Assembly (NCBI GenBank): GCA_977862235.1
Contig: OZ374561.1
Span: 620,001 to 684,000, forward strand
Source: Dudresnaya verticillata
Lineage: Eukaryota
DNA length: 64,000 bases
Direction: 5' to 3'
The notes under the pieces are model-generated. The model saw only the letters and a program-made list of their open reading frames with translations. It was not told the origin of the DNA and made no database searches. Shown in pieces: positions 11,401-24,800 of this stretch. Positions within the stretch are counted from its first letter, which is position 1. Each line of letters opens with the position of its first letter. A program made the translations under genes and the position numbers.

Positions 11401-14400
11401 GACGAGAAGGTGAATGTCTATGGCTCAGCCTCTCAGTCCTTCCTGTTGCTGTGGACCACAGGTTGTGGTACTACTCCTGGCCTCTCTTATGAACATAGCA
11501 TTATCTCTATTTGCCGTATCGACCGGCGTTTCAATTGGGCCGCGTAGGGCTATGCTGTTATTTTTGTCGCATGCGACTGCTCTTGGTCCTGTCTTCCTCT
11601 ACGTCTCCAAGGAAGACATCCAGCAGTCGTCGCTTCTTCGCGGGAAGAATCTTGGTTGAAGGTGGGTTTCTTGTGACAACCGTTACTCCGCGCGGAAGAG
11701 GGTGCAGCTGTGGGACCTGCTAGGCTATTCTCCAGACTCAGCATTTTTTCTCCAGCAGAACAAACACTATCGAAGTATGGTGCTGTATTACGCCTGTTAC
11801 TCCGAGAGGACAACAGCTGTACAGTATGTGTTTACTTACTCCCAGTTGCATCAATCCTCTCCGCTCTATTATGCAACCACTACGGATTACAATGCATGTA
11901 CAGCGCAGAGCTTGGCGCTTCCTTCCTTGGGCCAGGCAAGCCCTAAAAGGGCAACAATCATGCTGATCCGATATGTATGAAAATCATTTTTATCGACTGT
12001 TGGCCGGCCACTATTCTACAGCTGTGATTGCTTCTACAACAACCACACAAAAACACAATTATCAAATGGCTGCTGCTCCGAAAGGACCCATGTGACTGCT
12101 TCTAGAAATCAGGCACAAAGATTGTCACCAGTTTTTCACGCTAGCAAACATAGAACCACGACAAACAATCGATGGACGCTGCATTCCAATGCATACCAAC
12201 ATACCGAACTTTGCTGCAGCTATACACGGCTTACTGATTCGATATTGGTGAATCGTACGGAAATCACTTTCAAGATATTCCATGCCATAAGGGCTGTGCT
12301 GTGTTGCTCAAACAAACGAGAACAGAACGGAACAGAACGACAGAATACCTGAAAGACAATTCCCTGAGTCAATCACGTAACTCGGCAGCAGGTACTAGGC
12401 GGGAGATATCGATCCGAGGTTTCCAGCAAACACGGTACTATCAGTAACGTTTTGCACGGGTCTTTATCGACGGTGATCAAATCTTTCTCGTGACAGCTAT
12501 AAGTGGCACAAGATTCGTGGCACAAGATTCGTGTATACAAACAGGTTCCTTGGTGAACATTACGGACGTATTGCAAGCCTGGTGGAGACATGCTGCTCTA
12601 ATTTTAATCCTTCCAATGCATTGTGTCCGGCAATTGCAGGAGATGTAGACCCTCTGCTTCGGTGATGATGTGATTTTGATACTGGTCGAATCGGAATGAT
12701 ATGCAATCTGCATCTAAATCGCAAGAGCAGATGCCCTGAAGAGCAACGATACAGAGTGATATTTTCAGCTCAACTGCTTTCTCTCAGCACCGACAAAACT
12801 GAAGGACTACACAGGTGGCTTGGCGCCCTTAGCCAGCACAAGGCTTTTAAAATAACCCTATTTTGAACCCCTTCTCAGTACCTCAGTCTTGTCTAGAAAG
12901 AGGGGAGCAAATGCCTGAAGGGTGTACCTCCCGGGTACTCCAGTACGGTATACTTCCACGGTCATACAGCACCGCAGCATCGCATTGCAACATATTTGAG
13001 GAGATGCGATGAATTTCTACAAAGATGCAGCATACCTAATTGATGCCCAACTTCTTCCAAAGTAGAGAAAGCGAGGTTCTGCCTTTCCAGGAAGGCTTTC
13101 TAATTTTTCAGCTTGAGCTCAGGAGAACTGTTCCTGTTACTTTTCCACCTTGACCAGGTTTAGAATTCTTAGCATCGGGGTATTTAGCTGCCCATGCTGA
13201 GCTGATTGAGAACTGTTGTGTTCCGTAGCGTAATCACGCAACTGTTGCTCGCATACTACTACCAACTGTAACAGTTCTGCAACAGAGCTGCAACGCATGT
13301 ACTGCAGACGCCCAATCACTAGAGCACAACCGTTTCATATACGCGTAATTCTCGAGTTAGATACTCAAATCTGCTGTTTTGAGTCCCTGTTCGCAGCTGC
13401 ACTGATGTGGAAACTTTCCAAACAAATCTCCATGTACGGGGCAGTAACGAACGTTATCGGACACGGACACTCCTGAAAGGGGGAATTATCAGTTCCCCAG
13501 TTCCAAACGGTTACTGAAGTTACTCCCAGCTTCATTTTCGGGGATCGAAAACAAAACTGCCAACTAGCCTACATAGTCGACAGGGTGCTTTCTCTCCAAT
13601 ATGGTGCTACCAGCTAGAACAACAGGGTCATTTTCCGTAAAGCGAAGCATGTAATAATGCAAACATGCAAACATGGGTAACCAAGTCACTGCAAGTGGAC
13701 AGCAGTGATAATACGATACAACCTCCGTGCAAAGTGCAAGAGCATACACATCGATCCTGTGAGAAAACGACTCTTAGTATAACATGGTCGCCATACCAAG
13801 ATCATCAATTGACGTTGTTCACATGTTCAAGGATAGCACACGTACTGTTTTGGCTACGGGTGAAATGAGCAACAGAAAAATAGGAAAGCTGGGGCTGCAA
13901 TACAAGACAACTCTGAGACTCTCCTGGCAAACTGGATGGAAGCTCATGGAAGCTCAAGAAGCTGTACGTTCACGTCTTATGAGGATGGTGAGCTCATTGT
14001 CACAGTGAAAATAGTTGTGCTCTCGCTCGCTCGCTCGCTCACTCGCTTGCACAGGGAATGGACCAACAATTGCTACACGCCACTAGGGGGATAGAACATT
14101 TCTTTCACTACTGGGCTTTAGTTCAGGCTTTTTGTTATGTCTTGAGCAAGTCCATTCTGAGAAGAATCTGTTCCTCAATTTTCAGGTAGCATGAGGTAGT
14201 ATTGGACATGACCAATGCTCCTCTCGTCATCAGACCAAGGTTCTTCACATGCAATACAATTGGAGCATCAGAATTAGAAAGGATTTTTCGGTTTCTTCCC
14301 AACATGTTATCTGCGTAAAGGAAGCTTCCTATAGGAATTGCGACCGCATCATGTGTTCGCTTGGTTCTCAGCTCCCTCATCTTTTTAAAATTTGAAAGCT

Positions 14401-15923
14401 TTGTTAAGGAATCTGTAATACTCTGGGCTTTGAGAAGTTTTAGCTTGGCGTCGCGGTTTCTTTCCAACTATTCAATCTCTCTGGCTCCTTTGAGTCTAAC
14501 TTTTAAAAGGCATCAGGCTCGGTAACATTTCAGATATGACGCAGATAACGAACTCCATATAAGACTCAGCTTTGCTGTAAGACTAACATTTCTAACCACC
14601 TTCTCTAACACGCTTTTATATTTTATAGTATCGTTGATAAAGACTAGAAATTTGGAGATTTACGTCGCCTGTTAATGAACATACCTGTCCCGTTACAAGC
14701 TCTATTGAGACATACTAGCAACGCATGAAAACCGTGATGTCCCGGTGCTGCAGAACTCTGAGGTCAATGCGGAAACTTATGCAGTCAGATCTTGGAACGG
14801 GGTAGGTTGTGTGAACGGCAATCTGTTTGGGAATCTGAAGCAAACAGGAATATTTACATACTCCCGTGAACTCTTCTAAGTTGCAGGAGGTGGTGTATGG
14901 GTATTGCGGGTAACAGAAAAATGGGAGAGGCGTGAGCAACTGTACTGTTGCTACATGGAGCCTGTGACCCCGTAATTCTGCGTTTCTCGTTCGCTGAATA
15001 CATATCGATTCTCTCGTCAAACGGATGCAAGCGAACAATATCCATTATTAACGGTTCTCTAGCCACAGAAGCTACCTTTTGGAGTAAGCGCCTCTTGTTT
15101 CCAAAGTGCGTTTAAGTACGCATCCATCATGATTCCACATGGTAAATGTACTACTGGACAGCACATCATCTTTGTACAGTACGAGCACACTGCCCATATT
15201 TGTTGTCTTAGTCGACATGCAGTATCGATAATCCGTCGAGATAGTCTTGTAAACGCTGCACTGTACGTACAGGTTTGTTTCGTAGCCGCAGCTCGTAGGG
15301 TATTCAATAATTAGGGTAAAGTATTTACAGTATTCTAGCCGGCCGAGCGAGGGGCATTACGTACTGCGGTGCATTGCGGAATTACCACTCCACTACTCCA
15401 CCACTCTTTTGGCCAATGGAAAGCCGTTAAAGTTGCGACAGCTGTGACTACGTTCTGTCGAGTGTGGAGCGTCTGCCGACCCCTCTACACTTCACAGCTC
15501 GACTTCGACTTGCCATCCTACGCTTGGTATCCGATATTCCATGCGAAAAGATCTCTTTGGTTCTGGAAGCAAGTGCCAAGGGGGTCAGAGGGAGCTCGCA
15601 ATCAATCGTCGCATCCCACCGTCTAACAAGTAGTTTCGAGTCTACAGAGCACAGTACAGTAGAGCCAAGCTTTATTTCTTAAGCACCACCACTTGTGGTA
15701 GAGTGGTGGAGTAGTACTTCCTGAATCCACCCACTGTACTGCACATATCGGCTCTGTACAAGTACCTCAATCCTAATTGCGTAATGAAGATTTCTCAATG
15801 CCAACCGCAAGATAATTTTACCTCGCAAGGCACTGCTACCGTAGAGATGCGAAGTAATTCTTTGGTCGTCGCCTTACTTGCCTAACTTTTGAGTTTCGCG
15901 TCGACGGCTCTCTCTGCCATACC

Positions 15924-18900
15924 CTACTTCTTGAGTTCATCTTCGTAGTTGGACAACAAGAGTTCCCGACAATTTGTTGAGCAGATATGTATCCTTTGAT
16001 TGTTATCCTCGGAAGGTATGGCATCCTCAATGTACCCTGTACCAGAAATAACTTGGCGAACATGTGCGGCCCGTTGGAGAATAACCTTGGGAACTCCAAC
16101 TTCTAGAGCACATTGCAACGCTCTAGACTCATGGCATATGGACCCCTGCAGTAGCCTGTACGTCCTAACGCTAGCGGAGCTGGCATCGGTATCACCAGCT
16201 ATAGATGTCCCTTGTTCTTCTTGGTTATTTGCTCGCAGCTGTGAGCGCAACCGCGACACACGAGATCCGACGGATGCCGTCCCTCTATTCACTGATAGCT
16301 GTTTACGAACGGGGTTACTTGCTAATCTGCCACCGTCGTTCGCGGGTCGGTTCATCACCTCCATTGAGAACACACCAAGCCTAGGATTGGACAAGGAAAT
16401 AAATGGTTCTCTGAGGACTTCATAAAAGTGTGTAGAGCACACACAAATTGGTGCCTTGTCTTGTGGTGCCTCGAGAAAGTTCCTCAATGCTGCTGCTAAC
16501 AGTGCCATTCCGTCTTCTTCAGAAGTACCTTTCCCGAATTCATCTATAAGGTTCAGAGATCGTCCTTTGCATGGAGCCAACATACGAGACATTTGACAGG
16601 CGTCCATAAAGAAGCTTGACTGACCCCAGCTGACTGACTCAAAGCTGGAGATGCGCGTGTTCAGAGTCTCAAAAATAGATGTAGTCATCTTCTTAGCAGG
16701 GACAAAGGATCCGATCTGAGCCAAGATAACCAACAAAGCAACTTGTGAAAGGTAAACAGACTTCCCAGAAAAGTTTGGTCTGTCACATCCAGCATGAAAA
16801 CGATATGTAGTGTTGGTGTCAGAGTGGGATTACTAGACTCAGTTGAAAGCAATAGATGGCATGGAAATTGTAGTACATACCCTGTGATGACCTGCACATC
16901 GCCAAACTTCAAGTGGGAAGAGTTAGGAACGAAGGAGGCAACAACAAACTCGACGATAGGATGCCGTCCCTCCTCTATGAATAGACCGTCTCCAGTTTCA
17001 GAAAACGTTGGCTTGGTCCATGAGTACTCTATCGCCGAAGAAGCCAGTCCTTGCAAGCAGTCCATTTCTCGCGCTAGACTTGAAATGCTAAAGAGAGTAT
17101 TTGAGAATGAACAGATCTTCTCAATGAGGCACCTGAATGCTTTTTCCTCCAGGTCCAATATTGCACCGTGAATATCGCCTAGCTCATCATCCAATTCCCT
17201 ACAGCGAGAATTCTTAAAGTGGTACCCATCTTCGGGAGAGCTGAAAACGAAAGACATACCAAGTCCTTGAAGTGTTTCAAGACCAATGCGTTCACAGTCA
17301 TGCTCTGGGATAACGGCAAGATAGCCTACCTGTGGTTGGTATGTGAAATGGAACGACGGAATGGGGGGAACACCATCTTGCTCTGCAAGCCTCTTGTGCT
17401 CCTGGACCCCCACTGCCGTGAGATAGTCGTCTAGGCCGCTGTAACATCTTTTCATTTCATCAATCTTGTCACTAAACCCATGTGCAACGACCATCCTCCC
17501 TGCAGCAGTACTCTCTTCAAAGTCGACAACAGCGTCAATCCAGTTCAGACACTCCCGTAAATCCTCCTCAGAGACATTGCTGGCAGCTCCGAGGAGCGGA
17601 GACTGCAATAGGTCTTCATTTTGCTGGGAAGCAACTTTCAGAGTGTCTTGCAGAACTATCAATGACTTCAGAGATGAGTAGAGTGCCTTCCAGTCACTTG
17701 CACCGGATGCCCTCTTTCTAATAAAGCGAACCAGAATCGCAGGCACATTTCTGACTCCTCGTAAAGCTTCTTTGATGGCAAGAAGGATTGCACTATTGGA
17801 ACTCTTGCGAAGCATTTCAACAATGAATTGTCTGTCCTTGATTGTCTCAATGCAAGTCGATGGGAAGGTGAGCCAAATACGCAGGAGCGCCCTTGCAGAG
17901 ATGGTTTTGATATGTGTTTTCAAAAGACCATACAGAGACAATCCTTCCTTCGCCTGCATACTTCCTCGTCCAACCGGATGGGAGTCTTGCTTGAAAACAT
18001 GTAGAGCTCGAAGCGAAGTCGGATCAACTTTCATCACTTTGCAATAGTTGCGGTAAGAAATCGAATTGATCTGGATGCACTCGTTATCTTCTCCCAAGCT
18101 CCCGAGAATTCCATTCTGCAGAATAAAGGAAAGGAGACCGCCAACTGCTCGCAGGATGCATTCATCTTCTCCAAGAATGTGTGACAGATACGCCAGCCGC
18201 GCTTTCCCGTACGCTCGTGGGGGCATTCCTCCAATTGAGACGAACTGACAAAGATCAGCAGACTTTGACAAGCTAAACTCGTTGTTTGCGAGATATGAAA
18301 CAAGTCTTTCAGCAGCATCCTTCAGTTCGTCTTTGACATCTTGTGGTTCAACTGTCTGAGAAGCTTCCTTCGACCTCCCAGACTGTGAATTTGGCTTCGA
18401 ATCCTCATCGGCATTTTGCCTACCTTCTTTGTCAATATCTTCAGCAGCTCCAGTTGGCTCAAAGATGTTTGATTTAGCAGCTTCTCTTTGCACAGCGCCA
18501 CCGATTGCACGTAGGAGAGTCTTGTTGCTTGCATAAGACTTTGGTAGCACAATTACACATGCCTCAACTTGAGAGATTACCAGTGCCGTGTTTGCATAGT
18601 CACCTTCAGTAGAAAACCTTTGAAAACGGACCATGAATATTGTAAGCATACATACGAGTTAGTCTTTTATCTTAGCCTAGTCACAACGAAAAGAATTGAT
18701 GTGGCCCTCCTTACTTGGATATATGTACTTCATTTGCGGAGAGGTCATAGCACGCAACGCCGACTTCACGCTTTTCCTCTATAAAGCATACAATAGTTCC
18801 GGTATCTACACGGGAGATGATGGGCAGAACAGAAATGCAGGACTGCTAGTTAGCACCGAAAGAATCAAAGGAGCTCTCACCAGTGCGCACCAGTCATGGT

Positions 18901-19077
18901 CGCACATCTGCTGCACAGCTTCACACGCAGCTCCGTTAGTCCCTTACCGTCGTCGCGTTCATCTCCTTCGCCCAGGACGGGCGTGGAAGGGGCAGGAGGT
19001 TTCTCAGAGGGTGCATGTGGTCTGGAACTGCCCCGGGAAACATTCCCCCATTTTCCTCCGCGTAGGACTTTCGCCAT
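15924..19077 (-). CDS. MSH5: MutS homolog 5 (meiotic crossover protein), 937 aa; exons 19077-18948, 18805-18715, 18617-16881, 16779-15924
   Basis: The spliced frame (2814 nt) restores Walker A ITG|PNFSGKSVYLSQVA, AQIGSFVPA, QSSFFMD, Walker B LIDEFGKGT and STHF. The MSH5-type HP..G...KEGLSLYGLL and LDDELGDI motifs are present; no mismatch-binding domain was recognised. Introns are GT-AG. Confidence 0.9.
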
Positions 19078-19510
19078 GTATGAGATAAGACGAGCAAGGA
19101 AGAAGACAGGCGCCTTCTCCCAGACGATGTACCTCCCGCGGCTGGCAAGATTCTGCGGCACAGAGACTGGACACTTCCCTGAACTGCACTCCTGCCTACG
19201 CCGCTAGTCTTTGGGCTCCCAGATACGAGTCGCCCCAAGCCGCATTGGGGTCACGAAGTGCAGAGGAGGTCAGCGTCTTTGGCATTTGTTGGCCATCTGA
19301 TACGAAAGCCCGAAACGAAAGTCCGAATCGCAAGCCCGTGCAGTAGCTGGATATGCAGGATGGCCAACCTGCGACAGCTCGTCCTTTCCCTTGGATGTGA
19401 GACACGTTGTCTCCCACGCTGTTTCGCTACGTTGCGTTGGTAGGTTGCGTTTTCACAGCGCGGCACGGGTACGGGACAAAGGGCGACGACGGACGATGAC
19501 TGCGGGAACA

Positions 19511-20032
19511 TCACCACCGATCTGCCATATGTGTGCGCAGCTCACCGACCTTGTTGCGCACACTAGTATGCCTCAATACGGCATGGCCCAAGACGACGAC
19601 GAGCGCCGCGCCAATAACACTAAGAAACGAGAGGAGCACACCGGACAACACGAGGATGAGAAACGACAGAAGCGAGACTGCCAGGAACTTCTCGCGGCGG
19701 GTAACACGGCGGCCCTTAATAATGAGTGGGGAGGGGGAGGTGGCGTAGACCCAGCCGACGATGATGCATCCGACGACGAAGACGGAGGACGGGCGGCGTA
19801 GGACGTAGTACAGCAGTGCGGCGCCGAGAATGATAAGGTAGTTGGTTTGGTAGATGTGCGAGTTGAGCACAATGCGGTTGGTCAGGGTGCTCGGGCTCTT
19901 GCGCGGGAGCGTGAAGCGTTCCACGAACTGCGACCACGGGCGCGGCGCGGCGCGCCAGTCGCGGTTGGCGATCTCTGCGCACAGCTCCTCGTAGAGGAAG
20001 CGGATACGGGCTTCGAATCGGGCCCAGGTCAT
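19511..20032 (-). CDS. PRA1: PRA1 (prenylated Rab acceptor) family membrane protein, 173 aa
   Basis: RPWSQF..F.LP, RI..N..YQTNY, hydrophobic hairpins, terminal VVVLGHAVLR. First in-frame ATG at 20032 (the track start at 20071 is TTG). Confidence 0.88.
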   Translation of the reverse strand: MTWARFEARIRFLYEELCAEIANRDWRAAPRPWSQFVERFTLPRKSPSTLTNRIVLNSHIYQTNYLIILGAALLYYVLRRPSSVFVVGCIIVGWVYATSPSPLIIKGRRVTRREKFLAVSLLSFLILVLSGVLLSFLSVIGAALVVVLGHAVLRHTSVRNKVGELRTHMADRW

Positions 20033-21802
20033 TATGGGGATGTGCGCGTTGGGGCGGTGGGGGTAGGGCAAGCTCGCGGATGGGGCTTCAGGATACCAAG
20101 TGGCTGGGTTTTTGTTGCCTTGCGGTCATGGGGGCGGGTGCGACTCGGGACCAGGATGGCTGGCCTGGCGATGCACTGATGCCTGAAGGTGAAGGGCGAT
20201 GCGAAGCGACAGTTGCGTGGACTGTGGGATGGAGCAGGACTGCTTGGTAGTGTGCGCCCGAGCAGTCCCTTCGCAAGCAGTGTCAGGAACTGGGCGGTGG
20301 ATAGTGGATGAGGAACACAGCGGCATCATTCCCTACCAACCGGCAATGTAAAGCTGGTGGCTGTACTAGTGACTGAACTCTTGCAACAGCTCCAGCCAGC
20401 CGGGTCGGCTTGGCCGGAAATACTGTGGTCGAATAATTTGTTGTCTGATTTTGGAAAGCTCGGGAAAAGTACAAAATGTTTGAGAAAACTGGGAGAGAGA
20501 GACTACAGTAGGAAGTGTTTTTCTGGCTGCCTTGCCATGACACATTACAGCGACGCGCAGTGAGATGACAGCGGGAAAACGTTTTTTGGGCCTGAAGGAA
20601 ATTTTAGGAAAATGGGGTTTGTAAGAAGGTCGGCAGGCGAACTGGGGCGAACTGTGTTTCAAACCGGACAGAGGCGGATGCAGTCAACTAGACGTGGAGT
20701 GAGCCAATCGGGGCGGCACAGCTGTTTTGGAGGCGGGCGGGTGGCAATTGAGGAGGTCGGAAAAATGATCGTATAAATTCTGAATTATGTGATCGTACGC
20801 GAGGTTACGACTTGAGGTTGCTCACCCGCGTCGTTTCTTTGCATCATAACCAGTGGGCGGCTCACGGGTCCTTGAGAAGGGCATCAACGTCAGAAACTGA
20901 TTTCGGGCCACTACTGGCCCATCGGACCAATGATTTGTTGCTGTGAGGCGTCTGCCGACTGCTCGTTCCTTGGTTTCTCCGTGCCCGCCAAGGGGCGGGC
21001 GGTGCTTTACTGTACTGCAGCAACGAATCGGCGTAAAGGCTAGGACTCGTGCGCTGTTTCACTGTGGAAGCTCGACAGCGGAACTTGCTGGGGTTGGATG
21101 CGCTGGGACGAGTAAAGCAATAGCTGGGGGCATTGGGATTCCTGCTTGTGCTGCAAGCAGCAGAGTCTGTCCGGCAGAAACTGAGAAACAGCCCGCCATG
21201 AGAAAGAACAACTCTTTCTGAAGAAGGGCGCGGTCGCAGAACGAGGACCGTGATAAAAACGCCGGAGACGTTAGCCTGAAAATACCCGCAGCCAGGGTTC
21301 GAGACGATTCGTAGGGCTTGTCAGATTTCGGCATTATTAGAGAAGTGGGCAACTTGTCGGTTTGGGGCTTTTCAGACATGGGCCGCGGCAACACGAGATG
21401 TTTCAAATATTTGCTAACGGAGCGGTCCGGCATTGTGCGTGCGGAATGGCGGCCCAATGGCATGTGGGGCAAGACTCGCACACCGATGCACCGGGGCAAA
21501 GCCGGTGCGTATCGGACCACCTCGGCGGGGCAGATCTCGTTGGGTAATCCAGCGGTGCAGCGAATCGCTCACGCACATTTCGTTTGAAAAGGCACACGCC
21601 AAGGTCCGGAGTGGTGCAGGGTGTGCATCGCGACCTTCCCGCACGTGTCGCCGGTCGCCTCGCCCCGCGCCCACTTTATCCCTCAATGACGCATGGTCAG
21701 CCCCCTCGTCAGCCCTCACCGCCGCCGCCGCGACTCGCCCCGCCGACGCATGACTCCCCGCCGTGTCCCAGTCTGACTGCACCCGCTGCCCCTGCTCCAC
21801 AC

Positions 21803-24800
21803 ATGGACATCAAGAACATCCTCAACCAACCTGAACGCCGCGGCGCTCAAGACACCCCCGCCGCAACCTCCGCCGCAAACCCCATCGCAAGCCCTGCTGC
21901 AGCCACCACCGCAAACGCCCCCGCCGATACACACCCCTCTGCAATGCCTGACCGGCACTCCGTTCCGGGCTCCAAGCCGCCCCCGGCCCGCTACCCGTTC
22001 CAATCCTCGTCCCTGCCCCCGCCCCCGCCCCCTCCACTGCCGACCATGCGTGCACCGCCCCCACCGCCGCCGCCGCAGCAGATTGTCTACACTGGGCCTG
22101 TATATCAACTGCAGCCCGCGCTTGAGGTCCGTCATCTCGGCAACGCCATTCACTACCGCTACGCACCGTATTCCACATACGATCACCCGCGCCATATGGA
22201 CTATACCGTCTACCAAGAGTACGCCGAGATTCCACGCCACCCATATCATGACGCCCCAGCTGACGGCAGACACCCAGCCACTATGGACGCAGTCGCTGCA
22301 GACCTGCCTTCGCCGCCTCGGGTGCGCCGGCGCCATTCGGGAGAGTATGCGTCTGCCGCCGGCGCCGCTTCTTCTCGGCATGACGGCCAGATGCCGCGCG
22401 GAGGATACGGCTACGACCGCTCCCCGCCATCACTGTCGCGCCAACCGCCACAGCGCCGCTTCCGTCCTTCTGGCTCTGGCTACTCGCGGTCGTACTCACC
22501 GCCGCCACCAGCGCCAACGCGCCCGTTCCGGCGCGCGGGGCTGCCATCTGCATATGCCGTACCATCGGGGTCGGCTTCGCGTGGAAACGCGCATGAGCCG
22601 GCCAGCGAGGTGGACGGACGCTTTTTGCGCGAACGACAGGGTGGAGGCGCAGATAGCGGACGTGGCGGGGAGGCGTCTGGTGACCGCACAGGAGGGGCCG
22701 ACAGCGCGCGCGACCATTACGCGCAGCAAGAACAATTCGTTTCGTACGTGTCATATCGCGGGCCCGCGTATGCGCCTAGGCATGCGTTCCCGCCACGCAG
22801 AGCCGTCCGCGATTTACGCACGTACAATCACGGCCCCCACGATACCCCCCGCGCTCGCCGTGCGGCTTACGCTGACTCTGATCGTCGCCCCACTCGAATT
22901 GACGCCCGCGCCTCCGCTGAGCGTCTCTATGGGGAGAAGCCCGCCGACAACCTAGAGCATGCGCATGACGAGCATATTCCGCGAGATTTTGACGACGACT
23001 TCTCGGACGATTCTCCCATCATGCCCGAGTTTCGAGCGCGCAAGCGCCAGCGTGCGGGACGTGCTGACAACGGCCGCCGTTCCTCCGCGCCCTCCAGCTC
23101 ACGCGACGCCTCTGATAATGCCACTGCTGCGGCTCACGAAGAGGCGTCTGACCGCTACTCCCAATACGAACAAGGCTTCCGCACAGCCTCGGTCGAACGC
23201 GATCGGCCTCGAAAGAAGCGAAGCAATTCGGGGCAAGGCCTTGCGACATTGCGGGTCGGCAAAGGAGCAAAGGATGGGCGCATGCGAAAGAAGGGTGATG
23301 TTATTGTCTCTGGTCGCACAACGCAGGCAAGCAGCGAAGTGTGGTCGCGGAACAAAACAAACGTCAGTGCGAAGAACCTTGTGAAACAAGAGGTCCACGT
23401 TGATGAGAAAAACAGCGACAAGACTATGGAAGAGAAGAACGAAAGTCCCGTCTCTGTAGAGGATGGCTCAGTTGGTGGTGTACAGGATGAGGACGACGAG
23501 AAAGACAGTGGTCTAACTGAAACTGACAACTCTTCGTCAAGCCGCGACAGCGTGGTGGTCCGCGTGGAGGATGAGTCTGCGGTTGCTAGCGAACACGACG
23601 CAACGTCGTCCCACGAGCACGAACAAGAGATTGCCCGCCGCCGAAAAGAGAGGCGACTGAATGCGCTGCGCAAAAAGATAATCCTTGCGCGAGCAGCTGA
23701 TCCGGATGAACCGTACCCTGAGACGCACCAAGAATTTTCGGGTGTGCCGGTGACTGCCATAGGCGATATGCTCCAATTGTGGGAGTTCGTCAATGCGTTT
23801 TCGAAGACCTTGCGCCTCTCCTCCTTTCCATTGCGGTATTTTGAACAAGCGATTGTTCACGACCAGCGCTCAACGTTGCTCGATACATGCATCATTCGCT
23901 TGGTCAGGGCAATCCTTGCAGATCGTGACCTTGTTACGGAGCTGGGTATCTCTGATGCCACTGTCAAAACCTTAACTGGGAAAGCGACTAAGAACTTAGC
24001 GGCCCAAATACTTGCCTCGTTGCCCGGCTTTTTGTCCTTCGAGGCGGAAGATGAAGAAGAAGATTACTTCCTTCACGCAAGCGTTAGTAAGCTGGGGAAG
24101 TCATCGGACAAGTGGGCGTTTTACACTGTACTTGAACCAGCTGAGAGACTACGGATCATTCGCGAACTGGTCGATTATGTTGCCATGACTGATGTTTTGC
24201 GAGAGTGTGTCGTGGACAGTATGGAACATGCTGAGGAAGAAAAGAGAAAGGCAAAGGAAGAGAATGCCGCTAATCGTAAGAAGCTTGAAAGTCAGCTTAA
24301 AGAAATGAAGGCTGAATTGTTGGACTATCGTGTCAAGAATGGCCTAGTTGATCCCCCGGCTGACTCTGATAAGGAGAAGGCGACACAGCCGACATCAAAG
24401 GAGCAGACCGAGAGCGCTGAGGAAAGCGGAACAGGGGCAGAAAAGGAGGAAAGTTTGTCTCGTAAACAGAAGCTTTTAGTTGCGAAACGAGAACGGGAGG
24501 TGGAGGAGGACCGCCGAGTCAAAGAGAGAGGAGCAGATGCAATCATCGCGAAAATGGAGAAGGTGCGTACACAGCTGAAGTCTCTGAAGAACATTCGACT
24601 GCGGAATCGGAGCGGTTGCAGAGACGGGGACCTCTTCGATGGTTCTGTGGCGTCTCCTGCAATGCCTTTCACTGCCCTCCATGAGGACCCAGTGCGGACT
24701 CACCCTATTGGGACCGATAGAGAAGACCGCTGTTATTGGTTCTTTGAAGGATCTGGACGAATCTGGATAGAGGATACCAAGTCGGGCGAGTGGTGCTTTT

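Noticed and set aside
13900..15310. Possible Copia/integrase remnant on the minus strand
   Set aside because: No recognisable HHCC, DDE or RT motifs; not enough to call a mobile element.
20088..20129. 13-codon uORF upstream of PRA1
   Set aside because: TSS unknown and such short ORFs arise by chance; no supporting evidence.
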